Shown here in pieces: positions 46,731-58,174 of a stretch of DNA of 64,000 nt. The stretch is from positions 32,001-96,000 of IMG/VR virus record IMGVR_UViG_3300045125_000040; one strand, 5' to 3'. The DNA comes from a virus. The translations under genes and the position numbers were made by a program. Each line of letters opens with the position of its first letter. Position 1 is the first letter of the stretch. Below the pieces are notes generated by a model. The model saw only the letters and a list, made by a program, of their open reading frames with translations. It was not told where the DNA came from and did no database searches.

Positions 46731-47580
46731 ATGGCAGATAAAAGATTTCGCCGTTAAAAATGGTATAGTTGTAAATACTTCTTTTTCAGCTAATTCTTCT
46801 GGCATATATTTTAGTAATACTTTATTAGCTAATTCTACACAAGTAAACGCTGCAACATTTACTGGGACTGCAAATAACACATCGTTTGTAGGTTCTGTAT
46901 CAGCCGCTAATGTGGTCTCTAATGCTCAGTTATCATCAAACTTAGCAAATTATGTCACAACAACAAATCTAACAAATAATTTATCTAATTATCAGACTAC
47001 TGCAGGTCTCTCTGCCAACGTATCCACTCTTACAGCAAATAATACTTCTTTTGTGGGATCAGTATCAGCCGCTAATGTGGTCTCTAATGCTCAGTTGTCA
47101 GCCAATCTAGGCAATTATGTCACAACAACAAATCTAACAAACAATTTATCCAATTATCAAACCACCGCTGGTCTAAACGCTAATATCGCCTCATACCTAC
47201 CAACATACTCCGGTGTTGTCAACGGATCTACTTTTTCTGTTGGTTCTTCATGGACGGCTAATACTACAAGAGTTGTTTTTGGAACAACAGTAGGGCTTCA
47301 AGCCAATGGTTCCATAGGTTCTGCAAATCAAGCACTATTTTCTAATGGCACTACAGTATACTGGGCTAATGTTTCTGGCGGCGCTGGTTATTACAAAGGT
47401 AATCAAGGAGCAGCAGGTTCTCCTTCTAACGCTAATAACCTTTTCAGAATCAATTCAAATACTATGTCAAACAATATAACCATTTCAGCGGGAGAAAACG
47501 CATTAACTACAGGCCCAATAACTGTAAATACTGGAATCACACTAACCATCGATACTGGTGGTAGAGCAGTAATAATATAA
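46731..47580 (+). CDS. tail fibre-related protein (true start probably MADKDFAVKNG)
   Basis: ATG at 46731 plus one indel; ends GENALTTGPITVNTGITLTI..G. Confidence 0.65.
46870..47180 (+). repeat. tandem 165-bp (55-aa) duplication
   Basis: ANNTSFVGSVSAANVVSNAQLS.NL.NYVTTTNLTNNLSNYQTTAGL twice; partial third copy near 32377. Confidence 0.85.
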
Positions 47581-47589
47581 GAGGCTACT

Positions 47590-48406
47590 ATGAGCACATT
47601 ATCCGTAACAACAATTAATACTGCTAATACAACCACTGATCTAACTTTGGCTTCAGGAAACAATTCTGCTGGTAAAATAGTTATACCAGCATCTGGTTCA
47701 GCTATAAAAGCTAACTCAATGCTTCTTCAAGTCGCAACTAATAGTTGGGCTTTACAGTGCAACACTAATGCTAATAATTCTTCTGGTATTTGGATGGAGT
47801 CTGGAGGAGCAGGACAGCTAGCATTAAGAGATAATAACGCAAATTTAGCTACCATTACAACTTCTGGTGGTGGTCTTACTACCAGCGGTGCTCTTACTAC
47901 TACTGGTAATTTTATATCTGGTGGAACGGTTACTGACAGCACGGCGACGCTTAGACCTCTGGTGCCTATGACTTCTGTTACGTTGTCCACACAATCAACT
48001 GTAGACTTTACAGGTATACCTTCTTGGGTAAGAAAAATTACAATTATATTTTATGGGGTTTCTTTGTCAGGCGGCGATAAGCCTCTAATACAATTAGGAA
48101 CATCAGGGCTTTGTCACTACTGGATATCAATCGTGGGAAAGTAGTGGTGGAACTAGCACTTCTGGAATTCTTTATCCGGGAACAACCTCAACTGACACTA
48201 GATATGGATTGACTCAGTTTGCTCTACTTGATGGTGTTGGTGCGTGGGCTTGCACTGGTCTCTGTAATAATAATGGTGGCAATATAAATAGTGATCAAAG
48301 AATTTTAGGTTTCATAAATCTCGCTGCTGCCCTTACACAAATCAGATTAACTAGAACAGGCACCAACACATTCGATGCTGGTTCTATAAACGTAATTTAC
48401 GAATAA
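47590..48406 (+). CDS. tail fibre accessory protein (one indel)
   Basis: MSTLSVTTI...; C-terminal domain paralogous to gene 45823. Confidence 0.65.
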
Positions 48407-48415
48407 GGAGTTATC

Positions 48416-48771
48416 ATGCAAAAACAATAGTAAACGCTGAAACTGGTGAAATAACAACAGTAGATTTAACTCCAGAGGAAATTGCTGAAGATTTAGCACA
48501 ACAAGCCATTATTGAAGCGGAACAAAGTGTTTTTGTGCCTGCTAAAGTCCCTATGTGGGCTGTTAGAACCGTTTTGCAAAATAATAATCTATTTGATCAG
48601 GCTAATACTCTTATTTCATCTTCTACTGATAATGCATTAAAAAATATTTGGGAATATGGAAATGATGTTTATAGAAATTCTCCAGCAATTGGTTCATTAG
48701 CATTAAGTTTAGGATTATCAAATGAACAAGTGGATCAGATGTTCAGAGATGCTTTTAGTATTTCCATTTAA
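48416..48771 (+). CDS. putative tail fibre assembly chaperone
   Basis: ETGE....LT.EE; WEYG...RNSP....LGLS.EQVDQMFR.A. Confidence 0.55.
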
Positions 48772-48783
48772 CAGGAATTAAAA

Positions 48784-49233
48784 ATGTCAACACTACAGTG
48801 CGCTAATATTCATTTCGAATCAACTCAAAACAACAGAGTTCAATATTTAGGTTCAAATAACTTTGCCTTTGTTGCCGGTGGATCTAATTTAATGGTTATA
48901 TCAACCAGTGGTAGTACATTAAATTCAGGATTTACTGTCACGCCCTATAATCTTGGTGTGATCACCACAGCATTAACTGCCAATGGAGCTCTAGGAAATT
49001 ATCAATATATGACGGCTAATGCTGCTTTCACGTTAACTGCTCCTACTTCGGACACTGCTATCGATATTCTTGTTACCAATGGAACTGGTGCCGGAACCAT
49101 TACGTTTTCTGGTTTTACTGCTCCATCTGGAGGTGGTGGCGATACGTATGCGACTACTAGTAGCAACAGATACTTGCTTATGATTCGTCGTATTAATAGT
49201 ATTGCAACATATGCTTGGAAGGCATTACAATAA
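48784..49233 (+). CDS. fibre accessory protein
   Basis: GNYQY.T.N.AFTLTAP...ILVTN..GAGTITFSGFT. Confidence 0.55.
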   Translation: MSTLQCANIHFESTQNNRVQYLGSNNFAFVAGGSNLMVISTSGSTLNSGFTVTPYNLGVITTALTANGALGNYQYMTANAAFTLTAPTSDTAIDILVTNGTGAGTITFSGFTAPSGGGGDTYATTSSNRYLLMIRRINSIATYAWKALQ

Positions 49234-49234
49234 T

Positions 49235-49858
49235 ATGCCTACGACTACAACAACAACTTATAGCACGCCAGGAACATATACATTTACAGTTACTGCATAT
49301 AGTACCATAGTTGTAACTTGTTGGGGTGCTGGTGGAGGTGGATCAACCGCTAGTGGTAGCGTAGATTATCCAGGTGGAAATGGCGGATCTTCCACTTTTA
49401 ATACTACATTATCCGCCGGAGGCGGATTCGGTGGAGGTGGAAAATCATTACCTGGTAATGGAGGTACTGCTTCTGGTGGTACAACAAACACTAATGGTAA
49501 TGCTGCAACAGGTATGAAAGGTGGAGATTGTCCCAATGGTGGAACTGGAGGAGCAGCACGAACAGGTTTGGGAATAGGTAATAACGGAAATGCACCAGGT
49601 GGAGGTGGTGGAGCAGGTTATTTTTGTTAACAATGCAGGTGGAGGTGGATCAGGGGCTTACGTTAATAAAACTTATGTTCCTGGAGATTTATCAATAGGA
49701 TCTTCAATAACAGTAGTAGTTGGTTCAGGAGGAACTTCTGGAGGAGCAGGAGGCCCATTAGATAGTTACAGAGGAGTGTTGGAGCCGCTGGACAAGTAAC
49801 TGTTGAATTAACAACTCCATTACCAACAAATTTTAATATGCCAATTCTAGGAATGTAA
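49235..49858 (+). CDS. glycine-rich fibre-tip protein (apparent indels)
   Basis: TPGTYTFTV...CWGAGGGG...GGGGSGAY..K...VVVG.GG. Confidence 0.65.
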
Positions 49859-49867
49859 GGAAAGAAA

Positions 49868-50379
49868 ATGAGACAAACAGGATATTGTTTAATAGATAAA
49901 GATAATAATATTATTGAAAGTTGGTATGAAAATGCAGGTATGCGTTCTATTCCGGAAATAATTATATTACCCAATGGAGATATTCTAAACGCTCCTGAAG
50001 TATACGGAGTTTATGGTGATTACACTCTTGTAAAGAAGATTTCTTGTTGATGAGAGTACAGGTCAATGGTTCAGTCATACATCTTCTACAATTAAATTTA
50101 ACGGGACAGATGTTGTTGAAACATATATTTATCCACAAACTCCTAATATTGTTCCTCAATCTGTTACTTCCATTACAGTTTAGAAGAGCATTAAATCAAC
50201 TAAATTTGAGAACTCAGATTGAACAATATGTTCATACTTTAGATACTGATTCCAAAGATGCCTGGGAATATGCTACTGTTTTTGAAAGAAACAATCCTAT
50301 CATTACAAGTGCAACGCAGGCTTTAAATAAATCAACCGAAGAAGTTGATGATTTGTTTAGGTTAGCTTCTAGTTTATAA
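49868..50379 (+). CDS. putative tail fibre assembly chaperone (apparent indels)
   Basis: QFRRAL...WEYATVFERNNP....L....EEVDDLFR.A; paralogous to gene 48416. Confidence 0.55.
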
Positions 50380-50382
50380 ATA
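50375..50382 (+). promoter_or_regulatory. T4-type late promoter
   Basis: TATAAATA 20 nt before the gp13 start. Confidence 0.75.
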
Positions 50383-50401
50383 GAAACAAATAGGATAAAA
50401 A

Positions 50402-51143
50402 ATGGCAATACCAACATCAAGAGCAGAATTTACTTGAGAATTGCCTAAGACGTTTAGGCAAACCAGTCATTGAAATAAACGTTGATGATGATCAGGTTTC
50501 TGATCGTATCGACGAAGCTCTACGTTATTATTGGGATTACCATTTTGACGGATCAGAAAAGACATATTATAAACATATTATAACAGAACAAGATATTACA
50601 AACAAATACATAATAATACCAGAAAACATTATTGGCGTTGTTAATATATTTGATCTTGGTTCTGCTCTTGGTCTTAATAATCTTTTCAATATTCGTTATC
50701 AGGATTGCTTTGAATGATCTATACACTCTTACATCTGTCTCTATGGTTCCATACTATATGGCCATGAATCATGTTCAGTTTTTGGAACAAATGTTAATTG
50801 GTAAACAACCATTAAGATATAATCGTCATATGAATAAACTTTATATTGATATGTCATGGGATCAGATTTCTGTTGATAATTATTTGATTGTTGAGGCATA
50901 TCAAGTCGTTGATCCTGATGTTTATACTGATGCCTGGCTGATCGCTGGTTACTTAGATATGGCGCTTGTTTGATTAAACAACAGTGGGGTCAGAACTTGA
51001 AAAAATTTGAGGGCATGAAGATGCCCGGTGGTTTGACGTTTAATGGTCAGAAGATCTATGATGAAGCCACACAGGAACGTAATGAATTAGAGAAAGAAAT
51101 GATCATGACTTATTCTTTGCCTTGTACAGATATGATCGGATGA
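50402..51143 (+). CDS. 13: neck protein gp13 (apparent indels)
   Basis: CLRRLGKPVIEINVDDDQV.DRIDEAL; YHFDG; KQQWGQNLKKF.G...PGG.T.NG. Confidence 0.9.
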
Positions 51144-51166
51144 TATATACATAAAGAGTGTGAATA

Positions 51167-51196
51167 TATAAATATGTTGAGCAAGGAGTTCAACAT
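51167..51196 (+). promoter_or_regulatory. late promoter plus RBS/start-sequestering hairpin
   Basis: TATAAATA at 51167-51174; stem ATGTTGAGC/GTTCAACAT around AAGGA overlaps the SD and ATG. Confidence 0.7.
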
Positions 51197-51796
51197 GAAA
51201 ATTAATTATAGAAAAATATATGAAAAAATTAAAGGTCCAATACCAAAAGGTTATGAAATTCATCATATAGATGGTAATCATAATAACAATGATATTGATA
51301 ATTTAAAATGTGTTTCTATTCAAGAACATTACGAAATACATAAAAAACAAGGCGATTGGGGTGCTTGTAGAAAAATATTAAAAGAATGAATATGTCAGAA
51401 GAAGAAAAAAGCAAATTATGTTCTGAATATTCAAAAAATTTTTTGGTTAAATCTTTCTCCAGAAGAACGAAAAATAATTTGTGAAAAAATTTCTAAAAGT
51501 CAAATAGGAAAACCAAAAACCGGAAAAATTGCTAAAGGACACGTCAAATCAGAAGAATGGCGTAAAAAAATATCAGAATCAAATAAAAAAACAAAAAAAG
51601 CAAATCCAGACAAAACTACAAAAGGTAAACTGTGGTGGAATAATGGGATTATAAATACAAGAAGTAAAGATTCACCGGGTTTAGAATGGGTTAAAGGTAA
51701 ATTGCCACATAACAAATCATATAATTCAGATAAAATGAAAGAAATCTGGGCTTTAAGAAAGGCTGGTAAATTACCTATGCCAGACTACGGTAAATA
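51195..51796 (+). CDS. HNH homing endonuclease (apparent indels)
   Basis: GPIPKGYEIHHIDGNHNNN.I.NL....EH; NUMOD3-like SEEWRKKISES; WWNNG. Confidence 0.85.
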
Positions 51797-52519
51797 ATGT
51801 CCACAAACTTTTTCTTCAATAATTTTCAAGCTTCACAAGAACAACTGCTTCTTGAGAATCTTATTATTGAATCTATTCGTATATATGGTCATGATGTATA
51901 CTACATTCCCCGTAAATTAAACAATTATGATTCGGTTTATGGCGCTGATGATGTTTCATCATATGAACAAGCTATTCCAATTGAAATGTATATTAAATCA
52001 ATTGATGGATTCACTGGTGATGGTGAATTCCTATCAAAATTCGGTATTGAAATTCGTAATCAAGTTATATTCTCAATGTCTCGCAGAATTTTCTCAGAAG
52101 AAGTGGGAACTATAACTACTCAAGTAAGACCCAATGAAGGCGATATTATATACTTTCCATTAAATCAAAGATTGTTTGTTATCAGATATGTAAATAAATA
52201 TGAAATGTTTTATCAATTAGGTGCGCTTCAAACGTGGGAAGTAACAACAGAAGTATTCGAATATGCTGGTGAAAAATTCAGCACTGGTATAGAAGAAATA
52301 GATTCTATTCAAACAAAATTCAGCACTGATATTCTTAATTGGGGTATTAAAGATGAAGATGGTGCATATATTCTAGACGAAGAAAGTAATTATCTAATTC
52401 TTGAAAATGCTGCTATTGATGATCTTATTGCCGCTTCTGATAATGATGAAATTCAACAAGAATCTGATCTATTTGTTGATTGGTCAGCACAAAATCCATT
52501 TACAGAGGAACATATTTAA
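51797..52519 (+). CDS. 14: neck protein gp14
   Basis: LIIESIRIYG.DVYYIPR; LSKFGIEIR; RPNEGDIIYFPL. Confidence 0.92.
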   Translation: MSTNFFFNNFQASQEQLLLENLIIESIRIYGHDVYYIPRKLNNYDSVYGADDVSSYEQAIPIEMYIKSIDGFTGDGEFLSKFGIEIRNQVIFSMSRRIFSEEVGTITTQVRPNEGDIIYFPLNQRLFVIRYVNKYEMFYQLGALQTWEVTTEVFEYAGEKFSTGIEEIDSIQTKFSTDILNWGIKDEDGAYILDEESNYLILENAAIDDLIAASDNDEIQQESDLFVDWSAQNPFTEEHI

Positions 52520-53395
52520 TTGTTTTCCAAACCATTTTATTTTTCATTAACACGTAAGTATGTCATCCTCATGGGCACTTTGCTCAATAATATTCGTATT
52601 ACCAGAACAGATAAAGATGGTAATATGATTGATCTATTAAAAGTTCCAATTACATACGGTCCAAAAGATAAAATGCTTGCTCGTATTATGCAAGATCCAG
52701 CACTTGATAGACCAACAGCAACTGCTCCTCTCCCAATGATCTCATTCGAAATGGGTGAAATAAGATATGATGGTAGTCGTAAATTAAATACTATTGGAAA
52801 AAGCACAGTTAAAAGTGTTGGTGCTGATCAAAGAAACATTTTTAAATATCAATATAATCCTGTTCCATATAATATAAATTTTAAAGCATATATCTATGCT
52901 AAGAATGTTGAAGATGGAACAAAAATCATTGAACAGATTTTGCCATACTTCACTCCGGATTGGACTACAACATGTAATCTTATTCCAGAAATGGAAATCT
53001 CTATGGATATCCCTGTGATATTAACAAATATTAATTATGATGATAAATATGATGGTGATTTTAAAGACCGTAGAACAATTATATGGTCTTTAGATTTCTT
53101 ATTAAAAGGATATTATTATGGTCCTGTTAAGAAATCTGCTATTATTAAATTTATCAACCTTAATTTTTATATACCACCAGTTCCAGATGGTAAACTAGCT
53201 GATGCTGTTGGTAATACTGCAATCGCAGAAAAAGTGACTATTCAGCCAGGTCTAACAGCAAACGGTCAAAAGATAACTTATTCTGGTAAACCAAATGCTA
53301 ATACTGGAACTGTTCCATATGCTGAAATTGAAGTTGATGATGATTATGGATTCATAACACAAATTTATACAAAAGATGATTTAGATCAACAGTAA
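52520..53395 (+). CDS. 15: tail terminator/sheath stabilizer gp15
   Basis: KVPITYGPKDK; LPMISFE; PVPYNI; IIEQILPYFTP. Confidence 0.92.
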   Translation: MFSKPFYFSLTRKYVILMGTLLNNIRITRTDKDGNMIDLLKVPITYGPKDKMLARIMQDPALDRPTATAPLPMISFEMGEIRYDGSRKLNTIGKSTVKSVGADQRNIFKYQYNPVPYNINFKAYIYAKNVEDGTKIIEQILPYFTPDWTTTCNLIPEMEISMDIPVILTNINYDDKYDGDFKDRRTIIWSLDFLLKGYYYGPVKKSAIIKFINLNFYIPPVPDGKLADAVGNTAIAEKVTIQPGLTANGQKITYSGKPNANTGTVPYAEIEVDDDYGFITQIYTKDDLDQQ

Positions 53396-53406
53396 AGTGA
53401 AATAAA

Positions 53407-53817
53407 ATGTCAGATAATAATGAAGAACCATCAAAAGATTTAGAACCTTTTGTAGAGAATTATTCTGTTATAGATAAATTATTAGAAAAAGGTCATGATG
53501 ACTCTGCTTCAAATGATTTTGAAATGGCACGTGCAAACATTCATGAAATGATAAACGATGGAAAAGCTTCTTTATTAAAATTAGCACAAATAGCTGCATC
53601 AAGTCAACATCCCAGAGCCTTTGAAGTTTATGCCAAGCTTATGGATACAGTTCTTAATGCGAATAAAGAATTACTCAACCTTCAAACAAAAATTCGTGAA
53701 ATTAATCATGCTGATTCTCCAGTTAATGAAAAAGCTAAAAGTGTGACAAATAATCTATTTGTAGGGTCTACTGCAGAATTACAAAAAATGATACAAGAAA
53801 TGAAAAAAGATGACTGA
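53407..53817 (+). CDS. 16: terminase small subunit gp16
   Basis: HPRAFEV; NNLFVGSTAELQK. Confidence 0.9.
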   Translation: MSDNNEEPSKDLEPFVENYSVIDKLLEKGHDDSASNDFEMARANIHEMINDGKASLLKLAQIAASSQHPRAFEVYAKLMDTVLNANKELLNLQTKIREINHADSPVNEKAKSVTNNLFVGSTAELQKMIQEMKKDD

Positions 53818-55465
53818 TCCAGTTGGTGGGTATAAGGGTAATGTACTTCTAAAAAAGTCTAACCAATCAATTGATTGGACGCCAGACCTTGTTTCCGAAT
53901 ATATGAAATGTGCGGAAGATCCAATTTATTTTATTGAAACCTACATGAAAATCATCAACGTTGATGAGGGTCTGGTTAATTTCAAGTTATATCCTTATCA
54001 AAAGGATATGATAAATTCTTTCAAAGATAATCGTTATAGTATTGTAACAACCGCTCGTCAGGCAGGTAAATCTACGACTACTTGTGGATTTATTCTATGG
54101 TATATTATTTTTCATTCAGAAAAAGTTGTTGCTCTATTAGCCAATAAGGGTGATACTGCTCGTGAAATCCTTGGACGTGTTCAGTTAGCGTATCAACATC
54201 TCCCAAAGTGGCTTCAACAAGGCGTTGTTGAATGGAATAAGGGATCTTTTGTTCTTGAGAATAATAGCCGTGTTATTGCTGCTGCTACCTCTGCATCAGC
54301 GGTGCGTGGTTATTCTATTAACATGCTATTCATTGATGAGGCGGCATTCATTGATAATTGGGATGAATTCTTCACATCAGTCTTTCCTACAATTTCATCT
54401 GGTTCAGAGTCTAAAATAGTTCTGGTGTCCACACCAAATGGTTTAAATCACTTTCATAAAACATGGGCTGGTGCTTTTAAAAAGGATTTAGAACATAACG
54501 GATATAATCCAATTCTTGTCCGTTGGCAAGATGTTCCTGGTAGAGATGATAAATGGAAGCAAGACACTCTTGCTGGTATGAATTTTGATGTTGAAAAATT
54601 CGATCAAGAGTATAATTGTGAATTCTTAGGTTCATCAGGAACGCTTATTGCTGGTTGGAAACTTAAAGAACTGGTCCATAGACCACCAGTTGTTGAAAGA
54701 GATGGCCTTACACAGTATTTTCAACCGGAAGAAAATAATGTCTATATGATGATATGCGACGTTTCTAGAGGCAAAGGTCTAGACTATTCGGCATTTCAGC
54801 TTATAAACGTTTCAAGAATGCCATATCAACAAACCTGTGTTTTCAGAAGTAACGCTGTGACCCCCCATGATTATGCTGGTATTATTCATAGAGTCGCCAA
54901 AGCATATAATAATGCGTCTATTCTTGTAGAAGTAAATGATATTGGTGAGCAGGTATCTCATGCTCTACATTATGACTTTGGATATGAACATATCCTTTAT
55001 ACTGAAAATGCGGGTAGATCAGGAAAAAGGATTACATCAGGATTTGGCGGCGGACAGATTGATAAAGGAATTAGAACGACCAAAGTAGTAAAATCAGTTG
55101 GGTGTTCAATATTAAAACTATTAGTAGAACAAAATCAATTAATTATCAATGATTTCAATACGATAAATGAATTATCAACATTCTCCAAAAGAAATAATTC
55201 CTATGAAGCAGAACCGGGTAAAAATGATGACCTAGTTATGTGTATGGTTCTTTTTGCTTGGTTATCTGAGCAGCAATATTTTAAAGATTATACAAATATT
55301 AATACATTAGCATCATTAAGAGATAAAACAGAAGATGAGATAGAACAAGATTTGTCACCTTTTGGTTTTGTTATGTCCGGTAGAGATGAATTTGAATATA
55401 TTGATGAAACTTATGACGATTATAGCCCTGATGCGTGGATGTGGAGACAGGTAGAGAACTTTTAA
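53810..55465 (+). CDS. 17: terminase large subunit gp17
   Basis: Walker A ARQAGKST; Walker B FIDEAAF; STPNG; DVSRG; DDLVM. Confidence 0.97.
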   Translation: MTDPVGGYKGNVLLKKSNQSIDWTPDLVSEYMKCAEDPIYFIETYMKIINVDEGLVNFKLYPYQKDMINSFKDNRYSIVTTARQAGKSTTTCGFILWYIIFHSEKVVALLANKGDTAREILGRVQLAYQHLPKWLQQGVVEWNKGSFVLENNSRVIAAATSASAVRGYSINMLFIDEAAFIDNWDEFFTSVFPTISSGSESKIVLVSTPNGLNHFHKTWAGAFKKDLEHNGYNPILVRWQDVPGRDDKWKQDTLAGMNFDVEKFDQEYNCEFLGSSGTLIAGWKLKELVHRPPVVERDGLTQYFQPEENNVYMMICDVSRGKGLDYSAFQLINVSRMPYQQTCVFRSNAVTPHDYAGIIHRVAKAYNNASILVEVNDIGEQVSHALHYDFGYEHILYTENAGRSGKRITSGFGGGQIDKGIRTTKVVKSVGCSILKLLVEQNQLIINDFNTINELSTFSKRNNSYEAEPGKNDDLVMCMVLFAWLSEQQYFKDYTNINTLASLRDKTEDEIEQDLSPFGFVMSGRDEFEYIDETYDDYSPDAWMWRQVENF

Positions 55466-55477
55466 AATGTCTCTTTT

Positions 55478-55485
55478 TATAAATA
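55478..55485 (+). promoter_or_regulatory. T4-type late promoter
   Basis: Intergenic TATAAATA before gene 18. Confidence 0.8.
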
Positions 55486-55532
55486 AAACAAGAAAATCAT
55501 AATACACATTCTCGCATAAAGGGAGAGAAAAT

Positions 55533-58174
55533 ATGGCATTTCAATTAAGCCCCGGTGTTAATATCACAGAAATTGACCTTACTACGGTTGTTCCTGCAGT
55601 AGCTACTTCAGATGGTGCATTTGCAGGTGTTTTCCGTTGGGGTCCAATTGGTGAGAGAGTTTTATTGAGTCTGAGAATGCTCTTGTTCAAAGATTTGGTA
55701 AGCCAACAAATCTTAATGCCGAAACATTTTTCACTGCTGCAAACTTTTTATCATATGCTAATCGTCTATATATTTCACGTGCAGCAAACACAACTGGTGC
55801 AACTCCAGGCGCATTAACTTTTAATGTTAAGGCAAACACAACAGTTTCTAATACAGTCCTAACTGGTTCTGCTGGTGCAAACGTAGCAAATCTTGGTCTT
55901 GCTATTGGCATGTATATTAATCAGTCAACAAATGCATCTTCAATCCCAACAGGTAATTCATATTATATTACTTCAATTAATACAACTGCGATTGTTCTAA
56001 ACAAAGGTGTTTATACAACTCAGACTGTTGCTACTGGCAGTTCAACTGCTAATGCAGAAATTTATTTTGGTCGTCCAGAAGTTGCTTATAATTCAATTGG
56101 TATAGATCCTGATTCTGTTATTAATACAACAAATTCAACATATGGTTTCGTTTCAAATCTTGTTAATCAGATTGTTAAAAATGAAACCGATTATGTACTT
56201 AAAGATGGTAATTTTGATACTGATGCCTTTTATGTAGCAAAATATCCCGGTCTAATTGGTAACTCATTAAGAGTTTCTGTCTGTGATAATGCTACTAGTT
56301 ATCAGTCAAATGTTAATTTGAATGCTAATGCTGCAGCAAATGTTGCTGGTCAGTCAACTGCTATTAATACAGCAATCCACTTTGTTGTTGGATCAAATGT
56401 TGCTACTATTAAATTCCTTGGTAGTTCAAATACCGTTGCTTCTCCAGTTGCTTCATTAATTTCTGTTGGTGATCAGATTCTTACTGGTAATAGTTCAATT
56501 GGTCTACAGTATATGCTTGTTAAAGGCAAATCTGTTGTTACAAATTCAACTGCGACAGCATCATTCAATGGTAACTCTAATATTAGTAACACATTGAACT
56601 TTATTTATCTTTCCAGCAATCCATTCTCAAATGGTGATGCTGTTGTATATGCAAACTCTGCTGGTAATAATACTATTGGAGGTCTTTCTGGTGGTACTTA
56701 TTATGTTGTAGAAGCAAACACTCTTGGTGTAAAACTATCTACTACACCATTTGGTGATGTAGTTAATCTAACTTCTACAAATGGTGCTAATGGTTCATTG
56801 ACTTCAAATACTACCACAGTAAATATTAATTTTGAAGATCCATTTAGACTTCGTGTAGCTTATACTTCTAATGTCGTCCAGCGTAATTGGGAATTCTTCA
56901 ATGTTGTAGATACTGCACCAGGTCAATCAAATTGGCAGCTTTATCATGGCAACACTTCCGCACAGGACGAAATGCATGTTGTTGTAGTAGATGATGGTGG
57001 ACAATTCACTGGTACTCCAGGAACAATCCTTGAAGTATATTCTGGTGTTTCAAGAGCCACAGATGCACAAAATGAAGATGGTTCTGATAACTATTATAAA
57101 AATGTTATCAACAAAGATTCAAACTATATTTGGTTTGCAAATGATAGAACAACTGCTCTATCAAACACAGCTGTAAATCTAACTTCTTCAACATCTAGTA
57201 GTCCAGCAAATATTCCATTTACTCTTGGTGCTGATGGTCTTTCAGAAGTAAACGCAACTCTTGGAATTCTTGGTCAAGCATATGATCTATTCAAGTCTGC
57301 AGAAGATATTGATATTTCACTTGTTCTACAGGGAAGACCAATTGGCGGCGTAACAGTTGTCAATGGAAGAACTGTTCAGAATTTCCAACTTGCAAACTAC
57401 ATAATTGATAACATTGTTGAAACAAGAAGAGATTGTGTTGCTCTGATTTCTCCAGATAAAGGTCTTGTTCTTAACAACGTTGGTAATGAAACATTAGATC
57501 TCATAGCATGGAGAGGAGCCATTCATAGTTCTTCATATGCTGTAATGGATTCTGGATATAAGTATCAGTATGACCGCTATAATGACATCTATCGTTGGGT
57601 TCCTATGAATGGTGATATTGGTGGTCTATGTGTAAGAACTGATAATACAAATGATGCTTGGTGGTCTCCAGCAGGATTTAATCGTGGTCAGATTAAAAAT
57701 CTTGTTAAGTTGGCATTCAATCCAACCAAACCACAAAGAGATCTTCTATATCCAGCAGGAATTAACCCAGTTGTTACATTCCCTGGTCAAGGAACTGTTC
57801 TTTATGGTGATAAAACACTACAGGCTAAACCATCTGCATTTGATCGTATCAATGTCCGCAGATTGTTTATTGTTCTTGAGAAGGCAATTTCTGCTGCTGC
57901 TAAGTATTCACTATTCGAGTTCAATGATGCATTTACTAGAGCACAGTTCAGAAATCTTGTAAATCCTTATCTAAGAACTGTTAAGGGTCGTAGAGGTATC
58001 ACTGATTTCTTGGTTGTATGTGATGAAACTAACAATACACCACAGATTATTGATACCAATCAGTTCGTTGGTGACATCTATATTAAACCTGCGAGAAGCA
58101 TTAACTTTATCCAACTTAACTTTATTGCTGTTCCAACTGGTGTTCAGTTCAGTGAAGTTGTTGGCAAGTTTTAA
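55533..58174 (+). CDS. 18: tail sheath gp18, enlarged to about 880 aa (one indel near 55670)
   Basis: LSPGV...EIDLT; WWSPAG.NRG; FDRINVRRLF; IKPARSINFIQLNF. Confidence 0.95.

Larger units (their letters stand above)
46267..48406 (+). repeat. paralogous ~420-bp C-terminal domains (46267-46688 and ~47988-48406)
   Basis: TQSTVDFTGIPSWVRKIT...RLTRTGTNTFD.G in both copies; many differences are synonymous. Confidence 0.85.

Noticed and set aside
46267-48406. Duplicated fibre C-termini as a DGR template/variable pair or shufflon
   Set aside because: Differences are largely synonymous and not adenine-specific, both copies are coding and in the same orientation, and no reverse transcriptase or invertase is present
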